DNA of 64,000 nt, taken from positions 14,720 through 78,719 of IMG/VR virus record IMGVR_UViG_3300013131_000036. One strand, given 5' to 3'. The position numbers and the translations under genes are program-made. Below the pieces are notes generated by a model that had not been told where the DNA came from, did not search any database, and saw only the letters and a list, made by a program, of their open reading frames with translations. Below are positions 10,669 to 19,126 of this stretch, piece after piece. Origin of the DNA: a virus. Each line of letters opens with the position of its first letter. Position 1 is the stretch's first letter.

Positions 10669-11673
10669 ATGAGCCTAAGTTGTACAGTCACACAAAACGT
10701 CAGCACGTTTTACAGCACAAATCTGAATAGCCGGATCCAGGCATTCAATGATCTGGGCATTCGTATCAGCCGTCAGTTGGGAGCACCTCTTGTTAATGTG
10801 GAAATTCATCAGGACCAACTTTATGAAAACATAGCGATTGCCGTGGAAATGTTCAGCAAGTTCGCAGGTTATACCGAAGAATATGTTGTGTTTGATAGCG
10901 CACTTTATGATGAAGGAAAAGGATTGCGTCTGGATACATTGTTCAGTTTGACCCCGGATTTCAATTTCCGTTACGATGTTCGCAACACCAGCATCAACAG
11001 CATGTACAACATTGGTAACATGGTGATTGGAGATCCGGAAAATCCCATGGCGTTTCAAGTTGCAAGTCCGGATCCAGAGGGAAATTTTGCGGATCAGATT
11101 TCCATTTTGAATTCCTATGATTATCTTGTTAAAACATACCGCAAGGTCATAGACATTCGGTATTTTGAAGAAGGTAGTAGCACAGGAGTCAACACATTGT
11201 TCACAATCGAACAAACACTGGCCCAACAAACTTATTTCAGTTATGCCATGGGTAATTACGGATTTGATTTGGTTAGCTGGTACATCCTCAAAGATTGGTT
11301 GAAAAACCGAGAAAAACTATTGAGCATTCCTCGTGCTGTTAAATTTGATGAACGCACACAATACATGCAAATGTATCCACCTCCCCGGGATTCCAGATTT
11401 TATGGAGTTTTAAATTGTTATGTGGAACGTCCAGTTCAACAACTGATTCAGGAACAATGGGTGCAACAATATGCCCTTGCATTGACCAAGATTGCCGTGG
11501 GACATGTGCGCGGAAAATACACCGCTGTAAACCTTTTCGGAGGGGGGCAACTCAATTATAATGACATGCTTCAACAAGGTCTTCGAGAAAAAGAAGAATT
11601 GGAGAAGCGGTTGTATGAGGGCTCGGCTCCTGGACTGGGCGATGCAAGCCCCGTACAAATGCTGGTTGGATAA
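10669..11673 (+). CDS. gp13: Neck protein (T4 gp13-like)
   Basis: RQLGAPLVNVEI...QL N-terminus; WVQQYALALTK...G..RGKY..V.LFGGGQLNY..M...G..EKEELE C-terminus. Confidence 0.8.
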   Translation: MSLSCTVTQNVSTFYSTNLNSRIQAFNDLGIRISRQLGAPLVNVEIHQDQLYENIAIAVEMFSKFAGYTEEYVVFDSALYDEGKGLRLDTLFSLTPDFNFRYDVRNTSINSMYNIGNMVIGDPENPMAFQVASPDPEGNFADQISILNSYDYLVKTYRKVIDIRYFEEGSSTGVNTLFTIEQTLAQQTYFSYAMGNYGFDLVSWYILKDWLKNREKLLSIPRAVKFDERTQYMQMYPPPRDSRFYGVLNCYVERPVQQLIQEQWVQQYALALTKIAVGHVRGKYTAVNLFGGGQLNYNDMLQQGLREKEELEKRLYEGSAPGLGDASPVQMLVG

Positions 11674-11703
11674 TTTTGAAAATAATTCCAATTTAGGAGA
11701 CGC

Positions 11704-12177
11704 ATGATTCCTCTCCAAAAAAATTCAAGATTCATTCAAGGAATTTTTTCTCCCAAGAATGAAAACAAATATGTGGGAAAAAAGCCCATTGTTTATCGTT
11801 CATCCTATGAACTTAAATTTTTTCGTTTTTGTGATGACAATCCAAATGTTTCTCGCTGGGCCAGTGAGAGTGTGAAAATTCCTTACTTTCATCCTTTTGA
11901 AAAATGCAGTCGTCTTTATCATGTGGATTTGAACATGGTGATAAAAGAAGGAGACGTTTATAAAAAGTATCTGGTGGAGATCAAACCAGAGAAACAAACA
12001 CGGAAACCTGATTTCACAAACAGCAAATGCCGAAAAGCCACAATGCTTTATGAACAAATGACTTACGTAACAAATTGTGCAAAATGGGAAGCAGCCAAAA
12101 ATTTTGCAAAGAAACACGACATGCAGTTCGTTATCCTCACAGAGAAAAATTTAAAAATAAATCCATCGAAAAAATAA
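11704..12177 (+). CDS. gp4: Head completion nuclease (T4 gp4-like, TnsA-type PD-(D/E)XK)
   Basis: GIFSPKNENKYVG, YRSSYELKF, WASE, LVEIKP..QT, N.AKWEAA, F.ILTE. Confidence 0.9.
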   Translation: MIPLQKNSRFIQGIFSPKNENKYVGKKPIVYRSSYELKFFRFCDDNPNVSRWASESVKIPYFHPFEKCSRLYHVDLNMVIKEGDVYKKYLVEIKPEKQTRKPDFTNSKCRKATMLYEQMTYVTNCAKWEAAKNFAKKHDMQFVILTEKNLKINPSKK

Positions 12178-12185
12178 CGAATTTG

Positions 12186-12193
12186 TATAAATA
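12186..12193 (+). promoter_or_regulatory. T4-type late promoter TATAAATA
   Basis: Exact consensus 8 nt upstream of the gp21 ATG. Confidence 0.7.
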
Positions 12194-12201
12194 TTTAAAC
12201 A

Positions 12202-12882
12202 ATGAGTGATGGTCTAAAGCTGATCGTTGAACGTCCCGCATCGAATGATGATTTCGAATATGTGTTGGAGGAAAAAAATCCAAATCAACCTGCTACTCTT
12301 TATATCAAAGGTCCTTACATGATGGCCGAACAAGCCAATCGCAACCGGCGCATTTACAATCTGGAAGAAATGGCCAAGGAAGTGGGTCGTTACACCAGCG
12401 AAATGATCCGGAATAATCGCAGCATGGGCGAACTGAATCATCCCCAAACTCCGGAAGTGAATCTGGAACGGGTTTGTCACATGGTCACGGAACTGCGTCA
12501 GGACGGAAATATTTTTTACGGCAAGAGCAAAGTTCTGAGCACACCCATGGGCATGATTGTGAAGAGCTTGATTCAAGACGGAGTCAAGGTCGGCATGAGC
12601 AGCCGCGCCCTGGGAAAACTGACAGAAGCAGGTAACGGCACCAACAAAGTAACTGATCTGCGTTTGGTCGCAATTGATTGTGTTGCGGATCCGTCGTTCC
12701 CCAAGGCATTTGTGGATGGTATTTTGGAAAGCAAACAATTTGTTTTGAAAGAAAGCGGACAATATGAAGAAGTGTATGACAGCTTCGGAGATGCGCTTCG
12801 TAATTTGCCAAAAAATGATGTGGAGAATTTCCTGAAAGAACAGGTGGTTTTGTTCTTTAGAAAACTCAGTTCAAAAAGCTAA
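12202..12882 (+). CDS. gp21: Prohead core protease (T4 gp21)
   Basis: NRNRRIY, GELNHP, TPMG, GMSSRALG, DCVADPS.P.AFV.GI.E motifs. Confidence 0.95.
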   Translation: MSDGLKLIVERPASNDDFEYVLEEKNPNQPATLYIKGPYMMAEQANRNRRIYNLEEMAKEVGRYTSEMIRNNRSMGELNHPQTPEVNLERVCHMVTELRQDGNIFYGKSKVLSTPMGMIVKSLIQDGVKVGMSSRALGKLTEAGNGTNKVTDLRLVAIDCVADPSFPKAFVDGILESKQFVLKESGQYEEVYDSFGDALRNLPKNDVENFLKEQVVLFFRKLSSKS

Positions 12883-12893
12883 ATATAAAAACC

Positions 12894-13043
12894 ATGGATA
12901 ATAAACAAAAAGCCCTGATCAGCAATTTTCTCAAATGTCTTACTGAAAAAGACTATAGCAACGCCAAAAAGTCCCTGCAGGCAGTCATGGACATTAAATT
13001 GCAAAATCGCATCCAGAACGCCGTCAAGGATTTAAAAAAATAA
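12894..13043 (+). CDS. Small 49-aa protein in the prohead-core cluster (possibly gp67/gp68-like); missing from the ORF track
   Basis: ATG 12894 to TAA 13043 reads MDNKQKALISNFLKCLTEKDYSNAKKSLQAVMDIKLQNRIQNAVKDLKK. It fills the gp21-gp22 gap and has TAAATA upstream. Confidence 0.65.
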   Translation: MDNKQKALISNFLKCLTEKDYSNAKKSLQAVMDIKLQNRIQNAVKDLKK

Positions 13044-13083
13044 AAAAATCAAAAAAATAGAAAGGTTTTAAATAAATAATTTT

Positions 13084-13965
13084 ATGAGCAAAAACGTTGT
13101 AGAAGTACTCAAAGAAGCCACAAAGGATATTCTCACTGAGCAAACACTGAACGAAATCCAGCAAGCTTTTGAAGCTTCTGTAAACGAAAAAGTAAAAATA
13201 CACGTTGAAAAAGCTCTGGCTGAACAAGATGAAGATCACAGCAAAAAGCTGGAAGCCCTTGTTGAAGCCATCGATAAAGATCACGTTGCCAAGCTGAACA
13301 AGGTTGTGGCCGCTATCGACGAAAATCACAGCGGTAAACTCAAGGCAATTGTTGAAAAGTATCAAACTGCCCTTTCTGGTGAAGCCAAAAGCTTCAAAAA
13401 TGAAACCGTCAATGATATCAGCACCTATCTGGAAGCTTATCTTGACGAAGTTGTGCCTGCCGAGGATATCAAAAAGGCTGTTGCCAATCGCAAAGCCAAT
13501 GACACCCTCTCCAAGGTTCGCAATCTTCTCGCCGTTGATGCCGCGATTGCTCAAGACAGCATTCGTGAGGCAGTAATGGACGGCAAGAAACAATTAGATG
13601 AAGCTCGTAAAGAGCTTGAAAGCGCTAAAGGGCGCGTAGTAGTTCTTGAAAAAGAACTGAATAAGACACAAGCCTCGCTTCTGCTTGAACAGAAGACACG
13701 GGAGCTTCCGGAGAACAAAAAGAAGTTCATCCAAAAGCTTCTGGGCAACAAGGATGTGTCCTTCATCAATGAAAACTACGATTACACCCTTAAACTCTTC
13801 AATAAAACTGAAGAGGAGCGTCTTTCAACCATTCGCGACGAAGCCACTAAGCAAACCGAAACTGTGGATCGCGTAGTTGTTGAGGAAGCTGCAACTGAAA
13901 AGTCTGCCGCCTCTGAAGACAACGACGCCACAAACGGTTATCTTAGCGAACTGAGTCGCTGGTAA
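13084..13965 (+). CDS. gp22: Prohead core scaffold protein (T4 gp22-like)
   Basis: Coiled-coil, Glu/Lys/Ala-rich, located between the protease and capsid genes, with high-expression codon bias. Confidence 0.85.
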   Translation: MSKNVVEVLKEATKDILTEQTLNEIQQAFEASVNEKVKIHVEKALAEQDEDHSKKLEALVEAIDKDHVAKLNKVVAAIDENHSGKLKAIVEKYQTALSGEAKSFKNETVNDISTYLEAYLDEVVPAEDIKKAVANRKANDTLSKVRNLLAVDAAIAQDSIREAVMDGKKQLDEARKELESAKGRVVVLEKELNKTQASLLLEQKTRELPENKKKFIQKLLGNKDVSFINENYDYTLKLFNKTEEERLSTIRDEATKQTETVDRVVVEEAATEKSAASEDNDATNGYLSELSRW

Positions 13966-14028
13966 ACATTTCTGAGGTTTTAAGCCTGAGATTATTTGGT
14001 AGCAATGCTACCGGTCGAATTTACTATA

Positions 14029-14034
14029 AAGGAG
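14029..14034 (+). promoter_or_regulatory. Shine-Dalgarno AAGGAG of the major capsid gene
   Basis: AAGGAG 10 nt before ATG 14045; the only clear SD I noticed in the window. Confidence 0.7.
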
Positions 14035-14044
14035 AATGTAATAA

Positions 14045-15541
14045 ATGAGTAAGCGTATCGCTCCTCCCACGAGTTACATCAATCAGTCTCGCGCCAAGAC
14101 CCTCCTTGAGAAGTGGGCACCCGTTCTTGATTACACCTCGGATTCCGTCCGGGCCATCGAAGACGATCACACACGTCTCAACACCGCCATGCTCTTGGAA
14201 AACCAAGAAGCTTGGTGCATGATTAACGAAGATAATACCGCCGGTAACGGTGGTGTCTTCGGTAGTGGAGCTTCTATCGGTGCGGCATTCAATCCTCCTG
14301 GCAAGATCACCTCGGGTGACAACTATGCCCAGGGTGATGCTCGTCTGCCGAAGATTCTGATTCCGATGATTCGTCGTACATTCCCCGAACTAATCACCAA
14401 CGAGATCGTAGGCGTACAGCCCATGAGCGGTCCGGTGGGTCTTGCTTTCGCTCTGCGCTACAAGTACCTTGGCAAACAGCTGGGTAACACAGGCGTGGAC
14501 GGCAGCGGAACCAACGCGAACGGCTCCTTGGGCGTTCCTTACAGCCAAGCGAATGGCGCTGAATTGGGTTACCAATTCCTCGACACACGCTTCACTGGTA
14601 CATCGTCTTCTCAGCTCTCCGGTGCTTCCCCTTCGCAGCCGTATTCGAATCAATTTGAAATACTTGGCAGCGATCAGGGCGTTGCCCAGATTCTGAGCCA
14701 GTTCGAACTTACCGGTCGTATTCCTCAGATTGAGGTTTCTTTCGAGAAAACCGCAGTCGAAGCCGGAACACGCAGGCTCGCCGCTCGCTGGTCCGTAGAA
14801 CTTGAGCAAGACTTGAAGAATATGAATGGTATCGACATCGACACAGAGTTGACCAATGCTATGAGCTATGAGCTACAAGCAGAAATCGACCGTGAGATGA
14901 TCATTCGTATGATTCAGGTTGCCCTCAATGCAGGCTACGGCTCAGGATATTCCGTATGGTCCCCGGCTTCCGCAGACGGTCGCTGGCTAGTTGAACGCAA
15001 TCGCGACTTCTACCAGAGACTGATCATCGAAGCCAACCGTATTGCAGTTCGTAACCGTCGTGGTGCCGCCAACTTTGTTGTCGCCACACCCCGCGTTTGC
15101 GCAATTCTGGAAATGCTTCCTGAGTTCCAGTGGGTTCCGGTCCAAGGCAATGTCAACACTCAACCTGTTGGCGTGGCCAAGGTCGGTAATCTCGGTGGTC
15201 GGTTCAATGTGTATCGTGATACACGCACGGACGCTCAAGCCGAAAACCAGGGTGCATATCCTTGGTCCGGCACGAATCCGCAGCGCACAACCCGTCTCGA
15301 GTACGCCCTTCTGGGCTACAAGGGTCCGGAGTATTACGACACAGGTATTATCTATTGCCCGTACATCCCAGTCCTCGTTCAGCGCACGATTGGTCCTAAC
15401 GACTTCTCGCCTCGCGTTGGATTGATGACTCGTTACGGCGTTGTGGATAATATTTTCGGGGCTAACCTGTACTACCACGTCATTATCGTCGTGGGTCTGG
15501 GTCAGCCGTTCACACCGGCCACACAAAGCGTCTACTTCTAA
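14045..15541 (+). CDS. gp23: Major capsid protein (T4 gp23)
   Basis: LLEKWAPVL, GVQPMSGPVGLAFALR, A.TR.L.A.WSVELEQDLK, EIDRE, YCPYIP, PRVGLMTRYG. Confidence 0.98.
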   Translation: MSKRIAPPTSYINQSRAKTLLEKWAPVLDYTSDSVRAIEDDHTRLNTAMLLENQEAWCMINEDNTAGNGGVFGSGASIGAAFNPPGKITSGDNYAQGDARLPKILIPMIRRTFPELITNEIVGVQPMSGPVGLAFALRYKYLGKQLGNTGVDGSGTNANGSLGVPYSQANGAELGYQFLDTRFTGTSSSQLSGASPSQPYSNQFEILGSDQGVAQILSQFELTGRIPQIEVSFEKTAVEAGTRRLAARWSVELEQDLKNMNGIDIDTELTNAMSYELQAEIDREMIIRMIQVALNAGYGSGYSVWSPASADGRWLVERNRDFYQRLIIEANRIAVRNRRGAANFVVATPRVCAILEMLPEFQWVPVQGNVNTQPVGVAKVGNLGGRFNVYRDTRTDAQAENQGAYPWSGTNPQRTTRLEYALLGYKGPEYYDTGIIYCPYIPVLVQRTIGPNDFSPRVGLMTRYGVVDNIFGANLYYHVIIVVGLGQPFTPATQSVYF

Positions 15542-15600
15542 AAAAAGTAGTCACTGAGTGGAAAAAGAAAATTTTTCACACGGTAAGTCCCGTGAAATTT

Positions 15601-15635
15601 AAAGAAGGGAGTCTTGCGGCTCCCTTCTTTTTTTG
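15601..15635 (+). terminator. Rho-independent terminator after gp23
   Basis: AAAGAAGGGAGTC-TTGC-GGCTCCCTTCTTT hairpin followed by a T tract. Confidence 0.85.
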
Positions 15636-15654
15636 TCTAAATATAAATAATATG

Positions 15655-15951
15655 ATGAAGTTTAAGCAGTTTTTTCTCCGGGAAATCAACATTCCGTATG
15701 GCGGAGAACAGGAATTTGATATTTTGAAAACATTAATTGATGATCTTAACAAGTATATCGAAAATACATACAAAATAGAAAATAATATATTATATTCTGC
15801 CGAGGAAAAACAGGAGATATTGTCAAAAAGATACGAACATGCCAGTCGGGTATGGCATAAAATGATACATCCCAAGCTGGAAACCATGAAACAGTTTGAT
15901 CCGGAAAATGTTAAGTTTTTACCTAAAATTCTTACAATTCCCGTGCCATAA
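15655..15951 (+). CDS. Hypothetical protein with a capsid-targeting-like leader
   Basis: TATAAATA at 15642-15649, 5 nt before the ATG of MKFKQFFLRE. Confidence 0.55.
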   Translation: MKFKQFFLREINIPYGGEQEFDILKTLIDDLNKYIENTYKIENNILYSAEEKQEILSKRYEHASRVWHKMIHPKLETMKQFDPENVKFLPKILTIPVP

Positions 15952-15976
15952 TTAATAAATATTAAAAATAACATAT

Positions 15977-16186
15977 ATGGCTTATCAGGATGATATTATA
16001 GAAGTGCGGGAACGTGTAACTCGCATTGAAACAAAATTAGACCATGTGATCAACAAAATGGATGATCACCATGATCGCCTTACCAATATTGAAAAATTTA
16101 AAACAAAAATAGTGGGCGGGGCCATAACCATTTCAGCATTAGCCACTTTTCTCTGGGACATAGTCAAAACAAAATTCGGAATTTAA
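15977..16186 (+). CDS. Small coiled-coil protein with a C-terminal TM helix (XhlA/holin-like)
   Basis: RVTRIETKLD coiled coil followed by hydrophobic IVGGAITISALATFLW. Confidence 0.5.
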   Translation: MAYQDDIIEVRERVTRIETKLDHVINKMDDHHDRLTNIEKFKTKIVGGAITISALATFLWDIVKTKFGI

Positions 16187-16210
16187 CAACAAAAAGAGTA
16201 AATATATTAT

Positions 16211-16732
16211 ATGCCCAATATTACAGTACCTCTTGAAATCGCTGGAGATGCTCTCAGCACCAGTTCAACAATTCTGACACCCGGAACCCTTTCTGCGGAC
16301 AATGTGATTGTTCGCGTTCCTCTCACAGCAACATTTGGTGTTTCTGCTGTTGTGACGGGCATCTCTTTCGGAGATGTGAAAAGCGGCGCTCCTATCTTCA
16401 CAGCAGGTGCTGCTGGTCAAATCTTCAATGCCGAAAACGATCAATCATTTCCCCAGCAAATAAGATTTGGTGGAGGAGCCTCATCTTCTCCTATCACAGT
16501 GAGTCTTTCTGCAATCGGCCAACCTTGCGCATTGGGTGCTCAACGTCTTCTGTATGTCATCAGCCTGAGTTCCGAAGCCCTTTCCGGTAATGGATCTGGA
16601 TATGGTGTTCGCGTTGATGTGACCAACACAACTGACACAACACAAAGCACCACAGTGACTGCCACTAATGAAGCATTTGGCAACCGTCTCTGCTTTGCCG
16701 AACATCGTCGGCTGGTTACCCTCGAAGCTTAA
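16211..16732 (+). CDS. Putative virion (decoration-type) protein
   Basis: Ser/Thr/Gly/Ala-rich, beta-type composition; TAAATA box 6 nt before the ATG. Confidence 0.5.
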   Translation: MPNITVPLEIAGDALSTSSTILTPGTLSADNVIVRVPLTATFGVSAVVTGISFGDVKSGAPIFTAGAAGQIFNAENDQSFPQQIRFGGGASSSPITVSLSAIGQPCALGAQRLLYVISLSSEALSGNGSGYGVRVDVTNTTDTTQSTTVTATNEAFGNRLCFAEHRRLVTLEA

Positions 16733-17289
16733 TTCATTTCGCTCAAAACTTTTGAAGTTCTATCCTTCAAAGAACCTGTCAATCTCACAACTTTTTTGAA
16801 TTTCACTATTGGTTCTTTCAGATAGTTTTCAAAGATAGCCTGTATCACCGTCCGGTATTCTTCGTCGGTATTCCGGTAATTGTCATTCTCAACCGGCACA
16901 CCTTCTATATCACAATAAAAAAGAACATCGATTTCGGTGTGTAGCATTTTCAGCATGAGTTGACCATAATCGTAAACCCAAGGAGGGTTTTTACCGATAC
17001 TCACGCTCCAATCACAGTAAACAACACCATCTAACAACCACCGATCATAAATGTAATGCTTGGAAACAGTTTCTTTTGGTTTTACCACAAGATCATCAAT
17101 GTATGAATTGAAAAGCAAAACTTGCGAAAGATCCGTACCCTTTTCATTAATTTCAAATCCATGATCTTTTAGTCTTCGGGCACCTCCTTTAATAAAGGTA
17201 TATTCTTCTTTGTTAAGAAAATTATCCAGCAAGTGTCGTATCAGTGTGCTTTTGCCAGATGCTTGAGGGCCGGAAAATGCTATTTTCAA
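16729..17289 (-). CDS. P-loop nucleotide kinase-like protein (AAA_28/NadR-Ttd14 or dNMP kinase family)
   Basis: N-terminal KIAFSGPQASGKSTL and IYDRWLLDGVVY. Confidence 0.75.
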   Translation of the reverse strand: MKIAFSGPQASGKSTLIRHLLDNFLNKEEYTFIKGGARRLKDHGFEINEKGTDLSQVLLFNSYIDDLVVKPKETVSKHYIYDRWLLDGVVYCDWSVSIGKNPPWVYDYGQLMLKMLHTEIDVLFYCDIEGVPVENDNYRNTDEEYRTVIQAIFENYLKEPIVKFKKVVRLTGSLKDRTSKVLSEMN

Positions 17290-17364
17290 CTGTTTTATGT
17301 TACTAAACCATAAGGGTTTTTCAATATTGCAAAAGGGTTTTGTTTCATAAATATTTCTAGTATT

Positions 17365-19125
17365 ATGCCTGAAATTCCTGCCGCATTATTGACAAAATTA
17401 GCTCCGGAAATGAATCTTTCCCAGCTTAATAAAATTTTGTCTATTCCTGAGTTGGACGATCTGTCTCAACAACTTTCACAGCTTAATCCGGATCAAATAT
17501 TCAGTTCAATGGATTTTTCCGGAAACATAAATGATTTGTTTAGCCAAGTCACAAATTTTCAAAACAATCTGGGATTGTATCTTCCCATATCTGATTTTTT
17601 ACCACAATTACCTTCTCCTCAAATTTTGGACCAAACCATAGCAAATGTAACTCAAGGGTTAAACATAACCAATCAGCTGCAAGGTTTGGTTCAATCCTCA
17701 CTTGGAAACAATCTGCAAATTCCGAATTTTGCCGGAGGAGAGGTTGATATCGGAAGTATTTTTTCAAATACATTTTCATCTTTTTCAAATACAAATTCAA
17801 ATGCATTTGATTTCGCCAAACAACAAGTCACAAACAATCTGCAAGGAATACAAAATGTAAGCAATGTAAGTTCTCTTTTAAATTCCATACGAACAAGCGT
17901 TCCATCCAATTTGTCACCAAAAACTGTCCGGGACCTTGCCACAAATCCTCAAACATTTAATAATTTCATACAAAATGGAGCAAGCACCGCCGGATCCAGT
18001 TTAAACAGTCAGGTAAAACAAAATGCACAAAGCTATCAAAAAAGTTTCACTGGTGGAGACAATACACAAGTCAAAGCAGGTCCGGTCACACCAAATTCAG
18101 TATCTCCAAATGATTTTAGAATTAATGCCGTGGTGACAACTTATAGTGCGGAAGAAAGAATAGGAAAAGGCGGGGACAAGTGGTCCCGTGCAAAAGTAAG
18201 TTCCACATCCAAAGATAAACAACCCAATCTTATTGAAGGTGTTAGTTGTGCAGTAGATCCAAGCCAGATTCCTTATGGAAGCAAAATAGTTTTTGATCGA
18301 CCCGAAATAGGCACTCGTGTTGCCATGGACACCGGCGAAGATGTTTATCTTCAGACTGCCGCCATACAACGCGGAATCAATCCGGACAAACCTCCAGCAG
18401 ATGCACAATCACCTTATCCTCCGGGAACAGCTTTTGCAAAAACAGATCAACAAGTAAGAGCAGGAGGATATGGAAGCAAAACAACTGGAACTTTAAGTCT
18501 TACAAATTCACAAGGACAAGTAGTGGGCACATATCAGTTTGTAAATGGAGGTTCTAGAAGAGGAAGCATTCCTTTTGGATCATATACGGTTTCAAATTAT
18601 CAAACAGCCCAAACACGTGCACGCTTGAAAAGAAGTCAAAAAGGCATTTTGGCAGGGGCCGACACATTTGATTTGAATAATGTTTATGATCCGGTAATAG
18701 GTGACACTCGAACTGGTCTTTTGATACATAGGGCCAGAGATGCAACAGAAGGATGTATCGGAATTCAGGGAGGAGATGCGGCTTGGTCTGATTTTCGTGA
18801 CAAAATGAAAAGATTATTGGATGAAAATGGAGGAAAATACACATTGATCCTTGGTCCGGACCCAAATGCCAAACAACAAGCTTCAAAAACACTTACGGTG
18901 GATATATATTTTGATACGGAGCAATCAAGATTGAATTTTGAAAAAAATGTACTTTCCGGAGGAGGAACACAAGGTGCCACTGTACAACCACCCAAAAGCG
19001 GGGTTTATTCCCAACAGGTGGAATTTCCGTCCGGAAGAAAAATTCAGGCTTATTATCCAAGCGGATACAAGCAACTAAAAACACGTTCTGCAGACGATCT
19101 TTTAGCAGCGGCAGGAAACGCATAA
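17365..19125 (+). CDS. Baseplate-associated murein hydrolase: low-complexity N-terminus plus a 3D domain with an inserted Tlde1/YkuD-like domain
   Basis: CAVDP..IPYGS, AMDTG and VDIYF are 3D-domain motifs. The insert has GSIPFGSY and LLIH-x8-C (EGCIG). Directly upstream of gp5. Confidence 0.65.
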   Translation: MPEIPAALLTKLAPEMNLSQLNKILSIPELDDLSQQLSQLNPDQIFSSMDFSGNINDLFSQVTNFQNNLGLYLPISDFLPQLPSPQILDQTIANVTQGLNITNQLQGLVQSSLGNNLQIPNFAGGEVDIGSIFSNTFSSFSNTNSNAFDFAKQQVTNNLQGIQNVSNVSSLLNSIRTSVPSNLSPKTVRDLATNPQTFNNFIQNGASTAGSSLNSQVKQNAQSYQKSFTGGDNTQVKAGPVTPNSVSPNDFRINAVVTTYSAEERIGKGGDKWSRAKVSSTSKDKQPNLIEGVSCAVDPSQIPYGSKIVFDRPEIGTRVAMDTGEDVYLQTAAIQRGINPDKPPADAQSPYPPGTAFAKTDQQVRAGGYGSKTTGTLSLTNSQGQVVGTYQFVNGGSRRGSIPFGSYTVSNYQTAQTRARLKRSQKGILAGADTFDLNNVYDPVIGDTRTGLLIHRARDATEGCIGIQGGDAAWSDFRDKMKRLLDENGGKYTLILGPDPNAKQQASKTLTVDIYFDTEQSRLNFEKNVLSGGGTQGATVQPPKSGVYSQQVEFPSGRKIQAYYPSGYKQLKTRSADDLLAAAGNA

Positions 19126-19126
19126 C

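Noticed and set aside
10675-15526. Long antisense ORFs over gp13, gp21, gp22 and gp23 (and 60090-60773)
   Set aside because: These are shadows of codon bias, with no motifs or promoters.
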